NCBI GenBank assembly: GCA_963662615.2
Contig: CAXXSR010000001.1
Span: forward strand, 480,001-544,000
Source of the DNA: Dehalococcoidia bacterium
GTDB lineage: Bacteria > Chloroflexota > Dehalococcoidia > Bin125
Direction of reading: 5' to 3'
DNA length: 64,000 nucleotides
Of the stretch, positions 19,087 through 31,927 are shown piece by piece. The notes beneath the pieces were generated by a model. It searched no databases and was not told where the DNA came from. It was given only the letters and a program-made list of their open reading frames with translations. Each line of letters starts with the position of its first letter. The stretch's first letter is position 1. A program made the translations under genes and the position numbers.

Positions 19087-20298
19087 ATGGCCAACCTCAC
19101 CCGCTGCGTGGTCGTCGGCGCTTCCCTGGCGGGCCTGCGCGCGGTCGAGGCGCTGCGGCGGGCCGGCTACGACGGCGCCATCACCATGGTGGGCGCGGAG
19201 GCCCACCTGCCGTACGACCGCCCGCCGCTCTCCAAAGAGATCCTGGCCGGCAAATGGGAGCCGGAGCGCGCCGGCCTGCGCGAGTCGGGGAGCTACGCGG
19301 AGCTGGATGTAGACCTCCGGCTGGGCCTGGAGGCGACCGCCCTCGACCCCGGTGCGCGTGAGCTTCAGCTTGACGGCGGCGGCCGGCTGCCCTTCGACGG
19401 GCTGATCATCGCGACCGGCGCCAGGCCCCGTATGCTGCCCAACACGCCCGACCTGGCCGGCATCTACACCCTCCGTACCTTGGACGACTGCCGCGCGCTC
19501 CGTGGCGAGTTTGAGGCGGGCCCGCGCGTCGTGGTGGTGGGGGCGGGCTTCATTGGCGCCGAGGTCGCCGCCACCGCCCGCGGGCGCGGCCTGGACGTCA
19601 CCTTGCTGGAGGCGCTCCCCGTTCCGCTGGCGCGCGCATTGGGGGAGGAGATGGGCGAAGCCTGTGCCGATCTTCATCGCGAGCACGGCGTCGACCTGCG
19701 CTGCGGCGTCAGCGTGGCCGGCTTCGACGGCGCCGGGCGGGTGGAGCGGGTGCGGCTGGCCGACGGCGCGACGGTCGCCGCGGACGTGGTTGTCGTCGGC
19801 ATCGGGGTGACGCCGAACACGAGTTGGCTGGAGTCGTCGGGGCTGCCGCTGCGTGACGGGGTGGTCTGCGACGCGACCTGCGCCGTGGCGCCGGGCATCT
19901 ACGCCGCCGGCGACGTGGCCCGCTGGGACAACCCGCTGTTCGGGGAGGAGATGCGGGTGGAGCACTGGACCAACGCGGTGGAGCAGGGCGCCGCCGCCGC
20001 CGAAAATCTGCTGGCCGGCCCGGAAGGGGCGCGCCCCTTCGCGCCCGTTCCCTTCTTCTGGTCCGACCAGTACGACACCAAGATCCAGTACGTGGGATCG
20101 TCCCGCGCCGACGACGAGGTGCGGGTCGTGCACGGCTCGGTCCGAGAGAACCGATTCGTGGCGATTTACGGCCGCAACGGGCGCATCATGGCGGCGCTGA
20201 CGTTCAATTGGCCCCGCTTGCTGCTGGACTATCGCCGCCTCATCGGCGAGCGCGCCTCCTGGGACGATGCGCTGGCCCATGCGGCGGAGGTTGGCTGA
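19087..20298 (+). CDS. FAD-dependent NAD(P)H:ferredoxin reductase
   Basis: GASLAG, PYDRPPLSK, ATG, GAGFIG, AAGDVA and VPFFWSDQYD motifs. Confidence 0.95.
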   Translation: MANLTRCVVVGASLAGLRAVEALRRAGYDGAITMVGAEAHLPYDRPPLSKEILAGKWEPERAGLRESGSYAELDVDLRLGLEATALDPGARELQLDGGGRLPFDGLIIATGARPRMLPNTPDLAGIYTLRTLDDCRALRGEFEAGPRVVVVGAGFIGAEVAATARGRGLDVTLLEALPVPLARALGEEMGEACADLHREHGVDLRCGVSVAGFDGAGRVERVRLADGATVAADVVVVGIGVTPNTSWLESSGLPLRDGVVCDATCAVAPGIYAAGDVARWDNPLFGEEMRVEHWTNAVEQGAAAAENLLAGPEGARPFAPVPFFWSDQYDTKIQYVGSSRADDEVRVVHGSVRENRFVAIYGRNGRIMAALTFNWPRLLLDYRRLIGERASWDDALAHAAEVG

Positions 20299-20306
20299 CG
20301 GGCGAT

Positions 20307-20873
20307 TCAGGCGCCGCGGCTGCCGGGCTCGCGTTCCACGTCCGCGAGCCGACAGATCTCGTCGAGCAGCGTGTCGAGCGAGTCGATCTCGCCGTCCAGG
20401 CTGAGGTGCCGGTCCTCAGGTCCGAAGACGTACCAGCGCACGTTCCCCATGGTTTCGACTCGCCGCAGGGCACGGACGTCGTTCCAAGCAAGCGACTGCA
20501 GCAGCCGCCCTTGGTGCCGCGCCTCGATTCCGCTCTCCCGCAGGACGATGGCGGTCGCCGTGCGCTGCCAGGTCAGGTAGACCAGCGGCAACATCAGGCC
20601 CGAGACGACGAAGAAGAAGATGCTGATCCCCAGCAGCTCCGCGCCGCCCGCGACGAGCCAGGCGATCAGTGTCCCCACGGCGGCAAGAAAAGGAAGCAGG
20701 AAGGAGGCGTTGTTGTACCAGCCTGCCTGGTGGGAGTGCGCGCTGACCGAGTCGGGCAGCGCCGCGATGGCGGCTGCGTCCCTGGGGCGCAGGCGCCTCG
20801 CGGTGTCGGAGTCGCGAGGCCCGGACCGGGTCTCCTCCGGCGCCGCGATCGAGCGGCCGGACGGCCGCCGCAC
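20307..20873 (-). CDS. Membrane protein with bacterial PH-like C-terminal domain (start uncertain)
   Basis: Two TM helices, then IVLRESGIEAR and LAWNDVRALRR; GTG overlaps the peroxiredoxin stop. Confidence 0.65.
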   Translation of the reverse strand: MRRPSGRSIAAPEETRSGPRDSDTARRLRPRDAAAIAALPDSVSAHSHQAGWYNNASFLLPFLAAVGTLIAWLVAGGAELLGISIFFFVVSGLMLPLVYLTWQRTATAIVLRESGIEARHQGRLLQSLAWNDVRALRRVETMGNVRWYVFGPEDRHLSLDGEIDSLDTLLDEICRLADVEREPGSRGA

Positions 20874-21355
20874 TAGACCAGTTCCAAAATGCTCTGCGCC
20901 GACGTGAGGGTGCAGGTCCCCGGCTTCTCTTCCACGTTCAGCGCTTTGACGACGCCGTCGTCCAAGACCATGGCGAAGCGGGTGACACGCGAGCCCAGGC
21001 CCACGGCGCTGAGGTCCACCGCCAGGCCTAGCGCGCCGGCGATGTCGCCGTTGCCGTCGCTGAGCATGGTGATGTCGTCGCTGCCGTGCTGCCGGTTCCA
21101 CTCCTGCAGCACGAAGACGTCGTTGGCGGCCAGACAGACGATCTCGTCCACTCCCTTGGCCCGCAGCGAGGCCGCTTCCTTCACGTAACTGGGGAGGTGC
21201 TCGTTGGTGCAGGTGCCGGTGAAGGCGCCCGGGATCCCGAACATGACCACCCGCTTCCCGCCCGTCACCTCCCCCAGGCTGACCTTCTTGGGACCGTCGT
21301 CCAGCACGAAGCCGGCCACGTCCGCCGGCACTTTCGCTCCCACTGCGATAGGCAT
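20873..21355 (-). CDS. Peroxiredoxin, Prx5 type
   Basis: PGAFTGTCTNEHLP, NDVFV, SDGNG and RFAM motifs. Confidence 0.95.
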   Translation of the reverse strand: MPIAVGAKVPADVAGFVLDDGPKKVSLGEVTGGKRVVMFGIPGAFTGTCTNEHLPSYVKEAASLRAKGVDEIVCLAANDVFVLQEWNRQHGSDDITMLSDGNGDIAGALGLAVDLSAVGLGSRVTRFAMVLDDGVVKALNVEEKPGTCTLTSAQSILELV

Positions 21356-21487
21356 TGGCGCTGCTCCCTCCCCCGATTACCGTGATCGCGACCGCCGCGG
21401 GAGCGGCGGGGCTCGGATAAGGGTAGCCGGTCGCGCGGACAAGGATCAGCCGACGCGACAGAGGCGGAGTCGGCGGGGAGGGGAACG

Positions 21488-21875
21488 ATGGCGAAGGCGC
21501 AGAGCGGGGCCGAGGTCCAGGCGTTCTTCAACGGATTGGGGGCGGCGCAGCGCCCCATCGCCTTGGCGCTGCACGAGATCGTTGTGGGCGTGGCGCCGGA
21601 GTGCGAGCAGTCGATCAAAGTGGGGCCACCCCACCTACACCCTCAACGGCAACGTCTGCTCCATCATGCCCGCGCGGGAGTACGTGCGGCTGCAGCTCTT
21701 TCGCGGCGTGGAGCTGGACGACCCGGCGCGACGGCTGGAAGGCAGCGGCAGGGGGATGCGGCATGTGAAGGTGCGCAGCGTCTCGGAGTTGGACGCGGCG
21801 TCACTGCGAGACTTCGTCCGGCAGGCAGTGCAGCTGCAGCGGAGTGGTTCCAGAGCGAACCGTTCCGGGACGTGA
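21488..21875 (+). pseudogene. DUF1801 (YdhG-like) protein with one-base frameshift
   Basis: N-part ending APECEQSIK and C-part KWGHPTY..LEGSGRGMRHVK are in different frames; extra A in the run at 21617-21619. Confidence 0.85.
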
Positions 21876-21953
21876 CCGGCGCCGCGACGAGGCCGAAGCG
21901 AGCGTCCTCCTTCGCGGACGAGCGCGAACGGGCGGGCGCGTTGACAGACGTGG

Positions 21954-22029
21954 TGGTAGCCCCAACGGGATTCGAACCCGTGCTACCAGCTTGAAAGGCT
22001 GGCGTCCTAGGCCTCTAGACGATGGGGCC
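21954..22029 (-). tRNA. tRNA-Glu(TTC)
   Basis: Cloverleaf with anticodon arm CCAGC-CTTTCAA-GCTGG, GTTCGAATC T-loop and encoded CCA. Confidence 0.97.
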
Positions 22030-22139
22030 GCGCGCGTGGCGGGCGCAGCCTATCACGGCGGCGGCGCGTGACATAGTCTGCGGGCGCATCCGCGTGCGCC
22101 CGCCGATGTCCCCAGTCCGATCTGGAGCGTACGATCGAT

Positions 22140-23591
22140 ATGGTGGCGGCGCCGCCACCGTCAGGGGGCGTGCGAGACGGCATGACGCCTGCAGATCACC
22201 GCCGACCCGCCGACGTGGTGCTGCGGCGCAGGCGCATTCGTCCCGAGACCGTGGAGTTGCGGCCCCCGCGTCGCCGCTTCGGGCTGCGGCCCACGCCGTG
22301 GTTGGTGGCGGGATCGTTCGCTGCGGTCATCGCCGTGGGCACGTTCCTCCTCTCGCTCCCCATTGCCGCGGAGTCGCGGGACTGGACCAGCGGCTGGGAC
22401 GCCCTCTTCACGGCCGCGTCCGCCGTCTGCGTGACCGGCCTGGTCCGCGTGGACACGTCGGAACACTGGAGCGGCTTCGGCGAGGCGGTGATCCTCGGGC
22501 TCTTTCAGGCGGGCGGCCTGGGCGTGACCATCTATGCGGGCATGGTGATCATGGTGGCAGGGCAGCGCTTCGGCTTGCGCGGGCGCGAATTCTTTGGCCT
22601 GGAACTGACCGGCGCAGGCGACTGGGACGTGCGGCGCCTGCTCCGGCGCGTCTTGATCTTCGTGCTGGTGACGGAGATCGTTACCTTCGTGCTGCTGCTC
22701 CCCTGGTTCCTGGAGCGGTCCGCGGACGCCAACGCCGTCTGGCGGTCGCTGTTCCACGCCGTCTCCGCCTTCAACAACGCCGGCTTCGACGTCATGGGCG
22801 GCCGGCGCAGCATGACGGCGGAGATCGGCTCGGCCTATCCGATCGTGGTCATGGGCGTGGCCGCGCTGCTCGGCAGCCTCTCGTTCGTCACCGTCTTCGA
22901 TCTGCGCCGCCACCGCCGCCGTTGGAATCTGGACACGCGGGTCGTGGTGGTGGGCATGGTGGCGCTGCTCGCGGTGGGCATGCTCATCTTCGCCGCCGGC
23001 GAGGTGCAGGGCGGCCATGTGCTCGACGGCCTCGGCGCCGTCGACGTCATTGCCAACAGCTTCTTCCTCTCCGTCAATCGCACCACGGGGATGGCCACTG
23101 TGGACATGGGCGCCATCCGCGACGTCACGGCCGCGGTCCTGTTAGCGCTCATGTTCATTGGCGGCGCCTCCACGTCCAACGCGAGCGGGATTAAGGTGGG
23201 CGCCTTCATGGTCAGCGTGGCCGTGGTGCTCTCCAGCCTGCGCGGCCGCCACCGGGCGGAGCTGTTCGGGCGCGAGCTGCCGCCGGCCATCGTGCTGCGC
23301 GCCGTCGCCGTGGTGCTGCTCGGCGTGGCGACCGTCACAGCCGGCGTCTGGGCCCTGGGGGTCACGGACAACGATCTGCGCTTCCTGCCCACGGTCTTTG
23401 AGGTGATGTCGGCGGCGGCCAACGTGGGTTGGTCGCAAGGCGTGACGGCGCAGCTTTCCACGGTGGGAGCGATGGTGTTGGTGGCGCTGATGTTCGTGGG
23501 ACGATTGGGGCCGCTGATGGTGGCGCTGACCGTGCCGGAGCGCACGCAGGCCAGCTACCACTACCCGGCGGAGGGGCTGCGGATTGGCTAG
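22140..23591 (+). CDS. ktrB: Trk/Ktr potassium uptake membrane subunit
   Basis: ALFTAASAVCVTGL, SAFNNAGF, RTTG, MFIGG and FEVMSA pore-loop motifs. Confidence 0.92.
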   Translation: MVAAPPPSGGVRDGMTPADHRRPADVVLRRRRIRPETVELRPPRRRFGLRPTPWLVAGSFAAVIAVGTFLLSLPIAAESRDWTSGWDALFTAASAVCVTGLVRVDTSEHWSGFGEAVILGLFQAGGLGVTIYAGMVIMVAGQRFGLRGREFFGLELTGAGDWDVRRLLRRVLIFVLVTEIVTFVLLLPWFLERSADANAVWRSLFHAVSAFNNAGFDVMGGRRSMTAEIGSAYPIVVMGVAALLGSLSFVTVFDLRRHRRRWNLDTRVVVVGMVALLAVGMLIFAAGEVQGGHVLDGLGAVDVIANSFFLSVNRTTGMATVDMGAIRDVTAAVLLALMFIGGASTSNASGIKVGAFMVSVAVVLSSLRGRHRAELFGRELPPAIVLRAVAVVLLGVATVTAGVWALGVTDNDLRFLPTVFEVMSAAANVGWSQGVTAQLSTVGAMVLVALMFVGRLGPLMVALTVPERTQASYHYPAEGLRIG

Positions 23592-23644
23592 CCCGGGCGG
23601 CCGGTCGCGGGGGCGGGGCGCCGCGGAGAAAGGTGAGAGCGACG

Positions 23645-24283
23645 ATGGCAATGCAGATCGCGGTATTGGGGCTGGGACGCTTCGGCTCGCAGTTGGCGCG
23701 GGCGTTGTCCGAGATGGGGCACGAGGTGCTGGCGGTCGATCGGAGCGAGTACGAGGTGCAGCAGCTCGCCGACGTCGTGGCGAAGGCGGCGATTGCGGAC
23801 ATGACGGATCCGGACGCCCTGCGTGACTTGGGCACCGGCGGGGTGGACGTGGGAGTGGTGGCGACGGCGGAGCTGGAGGCCAGCGTCCTGGCAATCATGA
23901 ATCTGCAGGCGTTGGGCGTCCCCGCCATCCACGCCAAGGCCGGCAGCGACGGGCACGCCACTATTCTGCGTCGCCTGGGCGCCCACGGCGTGGTGCAGCC
24001 GGAGAAAGAGGGGGGCGAGCGCTACGCCCATCTGCTGGGCTTCCCGGAGGCCAAGGACTACCTCACGCTCACGCGGGAGTACGGCATCGGCGTCTACCCG
24101 GTCCCCGCGCGACTGCAGGGCAAGCAGTTGGACGACATTGACGGCCGCGCGCGCACGCGCCGCTTGTTGCTGGTGGTGCGCGATAACCAAGTGCAGCTGA
24201 ATCCCGTGCGCTCGCAGGCCATTGAGGCGGGGGACCTGCTGGTCTTCGCCGGCGCCGACGAGGATTTGGCCCGGGAGCTGTGA
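23645..24283 (+). CDS. ktrA: Trk/Ktr RCK regulatory subunit
   Basis: IAVLGLGRFG Rossmann motif, VVQPEKE and a TrkA-C-like tail. Confidence 0.92.
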   Translation: MAMQIAVLGLGRFGSQLARALSEMGHEVLAVDRSEYEVQQLADVVAKAAIADMTDPDALRDLGTGGVDVGVVATAELEASVLAIMNLQALGVPAIHAKAGSDGHATILRRLGAHGVVQPEKEGGERYAHLLGFPEAKDYLTLTREYGIGVYPVPARLQGKQLDDIDGRARTRRLLLVVRDNQVQLNPVRSQAIEAGDLLVFAGADEDLAREL

Positions 24284-24371
24284 GGCTACGGATCAGGACG
24301 CTCGTTGCCGGCCGGCCGCGCATAGCAACGAGGCCGCCCTTCGGTAGAAGGACGGCCTCGAGGGTAGACGT

Positions 24372-24446
<75 letters not shown>

Positions 24447-24502
24447 ACGTGCACACAGAACAGGGCGTAGAGGGTGCTGATGTACTGCCGTCACCGCAAA
24501 GT

Positions 24503-27493
<2,991 letters not shown>

Positions 27494-27725
27494 TACTTTA
27501 CGGTCACGGCATGTACACCATATGCACCTGTGTGATCACGGCGCGACACGCACGTGGCTCCCACCTCCAGCGAGGTCCCGAGCCCGCGCGCCGTCGCGCT
27601 GACCGACCCTTCCCGGCCAAGGCCAGGAAGGGATCGTGTCGCTCTACGCCCTATTCTGTTGCTAAGGTGCTTCGCCCTCACGGGCACGGTTACCCGCCCC
27701 CGCGCGTGGCGAAGTCAGCCAGGTA

Positions 27726-27754
27726 AGTCTAGGCAGGGCCGCGGGGGGTGTCAA
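27726..27754 (-). promoter_or_regulatory. Sigma70 promoter for the 23S-tRNA-fMet transcript
   Basis: TTGACA-17 bp-TAGACT on the minus strand, about 230 nt upstream of the 23S 5' end. Confidence 0.8.
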
Positions 27755-28216
27755 CCTGGACGGAGCCCGGCCCGCGGGGGCCGGGGGCGCTTATGGTCAG
27801 CAGACGCGCGCGCGCTTGAAAAGGGCGTGCGAAGACGACGCGGACGATTCCGGCGCCGACTGTCTAGGCGGCCGGCGCGGGGTCCGGGTGCAGGGGGCGA
27901 GGTCGGGCCTGCAGCCGCGCGAAGGGCGAGATGTTCGTTGGCGCCGCCGTCTCGCCTAGCTCTGCACCAGCAGGCCAGGCCAGGGGCCGCAGCGCAATCA
28001 CCGACCGTTGTCGGGGCCAAGGAATGATCGTCGCCTCGCGGGGATGTCCGTGGAGTTGGCTCGCCACGCTCGCTCCTTCTCTTTACCACCGCTGCCAGTG
28101 GCATGACCGATCCTCGGGTGCTGGGCAGCGGCGGGGTATGGGGGACCGCCCCAATTGGGGGCGATGCCGTCCCTAACGCGCCCCCGCCAAGCGCCGAGGT
28201 TCGGCGGCCCGACATC

Positions 28217-29248
28217 CTATGCCGGGGCCAGGGTGCGCAGCGCCGTCAGCTTCGCTCCGGCGGCGCCGGAGACGAGCGCTTCGCGAGCTTGCGCAATCCC
28301 GTCCGCCAGTGAGGGCGCCGCTCCCACGGCCCACAGTCGAAGGCCGCCGTTGAGCGCTACCACGTCGGCACGGGGGCCGCGGTCCCGTCCCGCCAGCACC
28401 GCTTCCAGCGCCTCCGCGTGGCGCCGCGGGTCCGGCGGGCAGGCCAGCTCTTCCGCATCCGCGGGCTGCAGCCCGTGCTCCCGCGGGCGCAGGCGAAACT
28501 CCGTCACGCTCTCGGGCGTGACCTCGTACAGGCGGGTGGGCCGCGCTGTGGTCACGTCCTCGGTTCCCTCCAGCCCCTGGACGATCAACGAGCGTGGCCA
28601 GCCCATGGTCTGCATGGCGGCGGCGAGCGGCTCCACGTAGGGCGCATGCGTGAGGCCCACGATGTGGTGCGGCGCGTTCGCCAGGTCGTACAGCTTCTCG
28701 GCCGTGTTGATGCCGGTGCGCAGGCCCAGCTGGTCGCGCAGGGGCAGGAGCGCGGCGAGCGGCGGGGCGAAGAGGCGCGCGTCCATGTAGCCGAAGCCGT
28801 CGCGCTCGATCGACTCTTGGACGGCGGGCGGCGGCAGGCCTGTGGGGATGCCCAGCGCCTCCAGCACCGGGGCCAGCGCCAGGCCGCGCTTGGGCGGCAT
28901 CTCGCCGCTCCCGTGGAGCACCTGCGGTGCGCCGGCCGCCGCCGCCACGAGGCTGGCGGCGGGGCTGATCAGCAGCGCCTGCAACCGCCCGTCGTAGGGG
29001 CTGCCGATGTCCAGGAGGTGCGGCACGTTGGGGTGGATCGTCGTCGCCTGGTCACGGATCGCGTCGATGAAGCCCGTCAGCTCCTCCGCCGACTCGCCTT
29101 GCACTCGCATGGCGATCAGGAAGGCGCCGGCCTGCGCCGGGGTGGCCTCGCCGCGGAGGATGAGCCCCAGGGCCTCGCGGGCTTCGTGGCGGCTGAGGTG
29201 CCGGTTACTGTGCGGCCCCGTGCCCACCATCTTGATGAAGCGCTTCAT
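28217..29248 (-). CDS. Anthranilate phosphoribosyltransferase-like protein (TrpD2/YbiB type)
   Basis: QAGAFLIAMRVQGES, PYDGR, LRDQLGLRT and VQGLEG motifs; lacks the canonical TrpD GTGGD. Confidence 0.85.
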   Translation of the reverse strand: MKRFIKMVGTGPHSNRHLSRHEAREALGLILRGEATPAQAGAFLIAMRVQGESAEELTGFIDAIRDQATTIHPNVPHLLDIGSPYDGRLQALLISPAASLVAAAAGAPQVLHGSGEMPPKRGLALAPVLEALGIPTGLPPPAVQESIERDGFGYMDARLFAPPLAALLPLRDQLGLRTGINTAEKLYDLANAPHHIVGLTHAPYVEPLAAAMQTMGWPRSLIVQGLEGTEDVTTARPTRLYEVTPESVTEFRLRPREHGLQPADAEELACPPDPRRHAEALEAVLAGRDRGPRADVVALNGGLRLWAVGAAPSLADGIAQAREALVSGAAGAKLTALRTLAPA

Positions 29249-29348
29249 GGTCGTGGCTTCACCCTCACCGCCATGGGGCGACCGGCCGGGCGGACCCGTG
29301 TGTACGCCGCTCCAGCGTACAGAGATGGGGCAACGACGCGCGTCCGCT

Positions 29349-30491
29349 TCAGGCGGGCGCTGCGGTCCGCATCGCCGCGGGGTCGACGCCCTGCGCCGTA
29401 CACCACTGCCGATATACCGTGGGCGAGATCTCCGACGGTTTGATCTCGCTGCGGCCTCCCCAAAACACTGTGGTGTACGTGACGGGGATGTGCGCCGCCT
29501 GAAGATGCCGGTCAATGGCGCTCTTGTGCGCCAGCACCACCGCCTTTTCCTCCCCATGCGCCACGCCCATGACGTTCACGTTGTGGAAGTCCGCCCCCGC
29601 GTCGCGCCAGTAGGCGTGGGTCATGATGTGATGCCGGCCCACTTCCTGGCCCGCAGCGATCTCCCACCCCGGCGGCACCGCCCAGTGAAACAGGGCGTTG
29701 TAGCGGGTGACCGGCTTGGCGCCGGCCACCGCCTTGACGTGCTCCAGGAAAGTCGAGAAGCGTCCGACCACGTTGCGCGTCTGGAGCGACTCGGCGACTG
29801 CGAAGAACTCGTCCAACGGCACACCCGCCTCGGCGGCGCGGGCGCGCCAGAGGTCCGGCTGGATCTCCTCCGGCTGGAACTCTCGTTTCAGCGCGTCCAG
29901 TACCTGCCACTCCAGGTCGCTGAGCCGGACGATGTCCGTGTCCATGACCTCCGCGGGCTCATCGGCGCGACTGCCGGGCGGCAGACCTCGCCGCCGGATG
30001 TGGCCCACGCCCAGCTTGAAGAGCCGCTGGGCCGGCATGAGCCGGTAGCGCTGAACGCCGGTCCGCCGCGCCAGGAGGTCGGCGTGTTTCTGGAGCGAGT
30101 AGCCCTGCGGCACCTTCAGCGTGGTCCAGAGGCGGTAGGCGGCTCCGGACGAGGCCGCATCCGTAGTGCGGATGACCACGTGTCCGGAGAACGGATCGTC
30201 CTGGTACATGTAGTCGAAGGCCTCACGCAGCCGGTCGTCGGGCAGCTGCCAGGCCGTCAGCGCGCCGTGCGCGAGGTTGATGGAGAGCAGGGTTTGGCGC
30301 ACCCGCCGGATGGTCCCCGCCGCCAGCATGGCCCGGATCCGCTCGATCACCGTCGGCAGCGGCACCTCCGAGCGCCGTGCGATCTCCCCCAGCGGGTCGC
30401 GCTGAAACCCTTCGAGCTGGTCCTCTGAAACCGCCAGCACGGCCGCGTTGATGGGGTCGTCAACGGTCACGGGGACGGGGGGGGCGGTCAT
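29349..30491 (-). CDS. Siroheme decarboxylase-like protein (fused AhbA/AhbB, NirDL type, Lrp/AsnC fold)
   Basis: Two Lrp-like modules with GHVVIR and THAYWR motifs. Confidence 0.8.
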   Translation of the reverse strand: MTAPPVPVTVDDPINAAVLAVSEDQLEGFQRDPLGEIARRSEVPLPTVIERIRAMLAAGTIRRVRQTLLSINLAHGALTAWQLPDDRLREAFDYMYQDDPFSGHVVIRTTDAASSGAAYRLWTTLKVPQGYSLQKHADLLARRTGVQRYRLMPAQRLFKLGVGHIRRRGLPPGSRADEPAEVMDTDIVRLSDLEWQVLDALKREFQPEEIQPDLWRARAAEAGVPLDEFFAVAESLQTRNVVGRFSTFLEHVKAVAGAKPVTRYNALFHWAVPPGWEIAAGQEVGRHHIMTHAYWRDAGADFHNVNVMGVAHGEEKAVVLAHKSAIDRHLQAAHIPVTYTTVFWGGRSEIKPSEISPTVYRQWCTAQGVDPAAMRTAAPA

Positions 30492-30511
30492 GCGCCTGGA
30501 CTCGGCACGGG

Positions 30512-31126
30512 TTAGGAGTACCGCTCCTCTTTCCAGGGGTCGCCGTGGATGTGATAGCCGTACATCTCCCAAAAGCCGGGCTGGTCCTGCGGCAGGAACT
30601 CCATCCCCCTCACCCACTTGGCGCTCTTCCAGAAATAGAGCGAGGGGATCACCGCCCGCATGGGCCCGCCGTGCTCCCGCGCCAGCGGCCGGCCGTCATG
30701 TTTGACGGCGAACATGGCGTGGTCGTCGCGGGAGATGTCCTCCAGCGACACGTTGGTGGTGTAGCCGCCGTAGGAGTGGAACATGACGGAGACGGCGCCG
30801 GGATTGATTTTGATGCGCGACAGCACCGCCGACATGGGCACGCCCTCCCACTCGTTGTCGTAGCGCGACCAATGCGTGACGCAGTGGACGTCGTTGACGC
30901 GGCTCTCCGTCCCCATCGCCAGGAACTCGTCCCAGCTCCACGCGATCTCCTCGTCCACCTCGCCCCAGACCTTGAAGCGCCAGGTTTGCGTATCGATCTG
31001 GGGTGTGGCGCCGTAGCTGAGCACGGGCCAGTCGTTCGTCAGACGCTGGCCGGGGGGAAGGCGGGCGTCGCCGCTCTCGACGCGGCGGCGCTGCTCCTGG
31101 CTGAACGGGGTCGTGGCGGGCGGCAT
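30512..31126 (-). CDS. Sulfite-oxidase-like molybdopterin oxidoreductase (YuiH type)
   Basis: RLPPGQ, DVHCVTHWS, EHGGPMR, YFWKSAKW, GFWE and GDPWKEERY motifs. Confidence 0.95.
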   Translation of the reverse strand: MPPATTPFSQEQRRRVESGDARLPPGQRLTNDWPVLSYGATPQIDTQTWRFKVWGEVDEEIAWSWDEFLAMGTESRVNDVHCVTHWSRYDNEWEGVPMSAVLSRIKINPGAVSVMFHSYGGYTTNVSLEDISRDDHAMFAVKHDGRPLAREHGGPMRAVIPSLYFWKSAKWVRGMEFLPQDQPGFWEMYGYHIHGDPWKEERYS

Positions 31127-31245
31127 AGTCCGGCTTTGCTTCCAGTGGGCGGATGGCGCGGGCCGTCGCCCAGGCCATGCTACGAGCGCACTGCCGCGCC
31201 AGCAAGCAGGGCGCCGGCGGCGCAGCGCCGAGGGCCGCTGGTACG

Positions 31246-31887
31246 ATGAAATTGATGGCGATCTCTTCCGATCGTGACTCGTCCGACCGTGACGGCCCCC
31301 CGACGTCGCCGCCGCCCTCCGCGCCCGGCTCCGCACCGGATTCGGCGCCGCAGGCTGCTTGGTGGCGGCGCGCCTGGCGCCGTCGCCGGAGCCGTCAGCG
31401 GCAAGACCTTGTGTTCTTCGGGATCGCCGCCGGCTGGGTCCTCTTCGACCAGATCACCAAGGTGATCGTGCGCTCTTTCCTGGACAGGGGCGAGCATTGG
31501 GAGCTGGCGTCGTTCTTCCGCTTCTCGCACGTGACGAACGACGGCGCGGCCTTCGGGCTCTTCGACGGCGCCAACGTGCTCTTGGCCGCTTCCACCCTCA
31601 TCGCCGTCGTGGTGGTGGGCCTCTACTATCTCTTCCCCCCGCTGAATCACTGGATGATCCGCCTTGGCCTGGCGCTGATCCTGGGCGGCTCCGTGGGGAA
31701 TTTGCTGGACCGGCTCTATCAGGGGAGCGTGACGGACTTCATCAATTTCTCTCATTACGTGCCTTGGCCGCTTCCACCCTCATCGCCCGCCTTCAACGTG
31801 GCGGATTCCGGCATCGTCCTCGGGGTCGCCGCGGTGATCTTGTATCTTCTCTTCGCTGAGCCCCGAAGCGCAACGCCCGATCCGTGA
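31246..31887 (+). CDS. lspA: Lipoprotein signal peptidase II (start may be 31255)
   Basis: DQITK, NDGAAFG, GNLLDR, VTDF and FNVAD motifs. Confidence 0.95.
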   Translation: MKLMAISSDRDSSDRDGPPTSPPPSAPGSAPDSAPQAAWWRRAWRRRRSRQRQDLVFFGIAAGWVLFDQITKVIVRSFLDRGEHWELASFFRFSHVTNDGAAFGLFDGANVLLAASTLIAVVVVGLYYLFPPLNHWMIRLGLALILGGSVGNLLDRLYQGSVTDFINFSHYVPWPLPPSSPAFNVADSGIVLGVAAVILYLLFAEPRSATPDP

Positions 31888-31927
31888 ACTCCGCGCTGCG
31901 CCGTCGCGGGGATGATACGGTGCCCCC

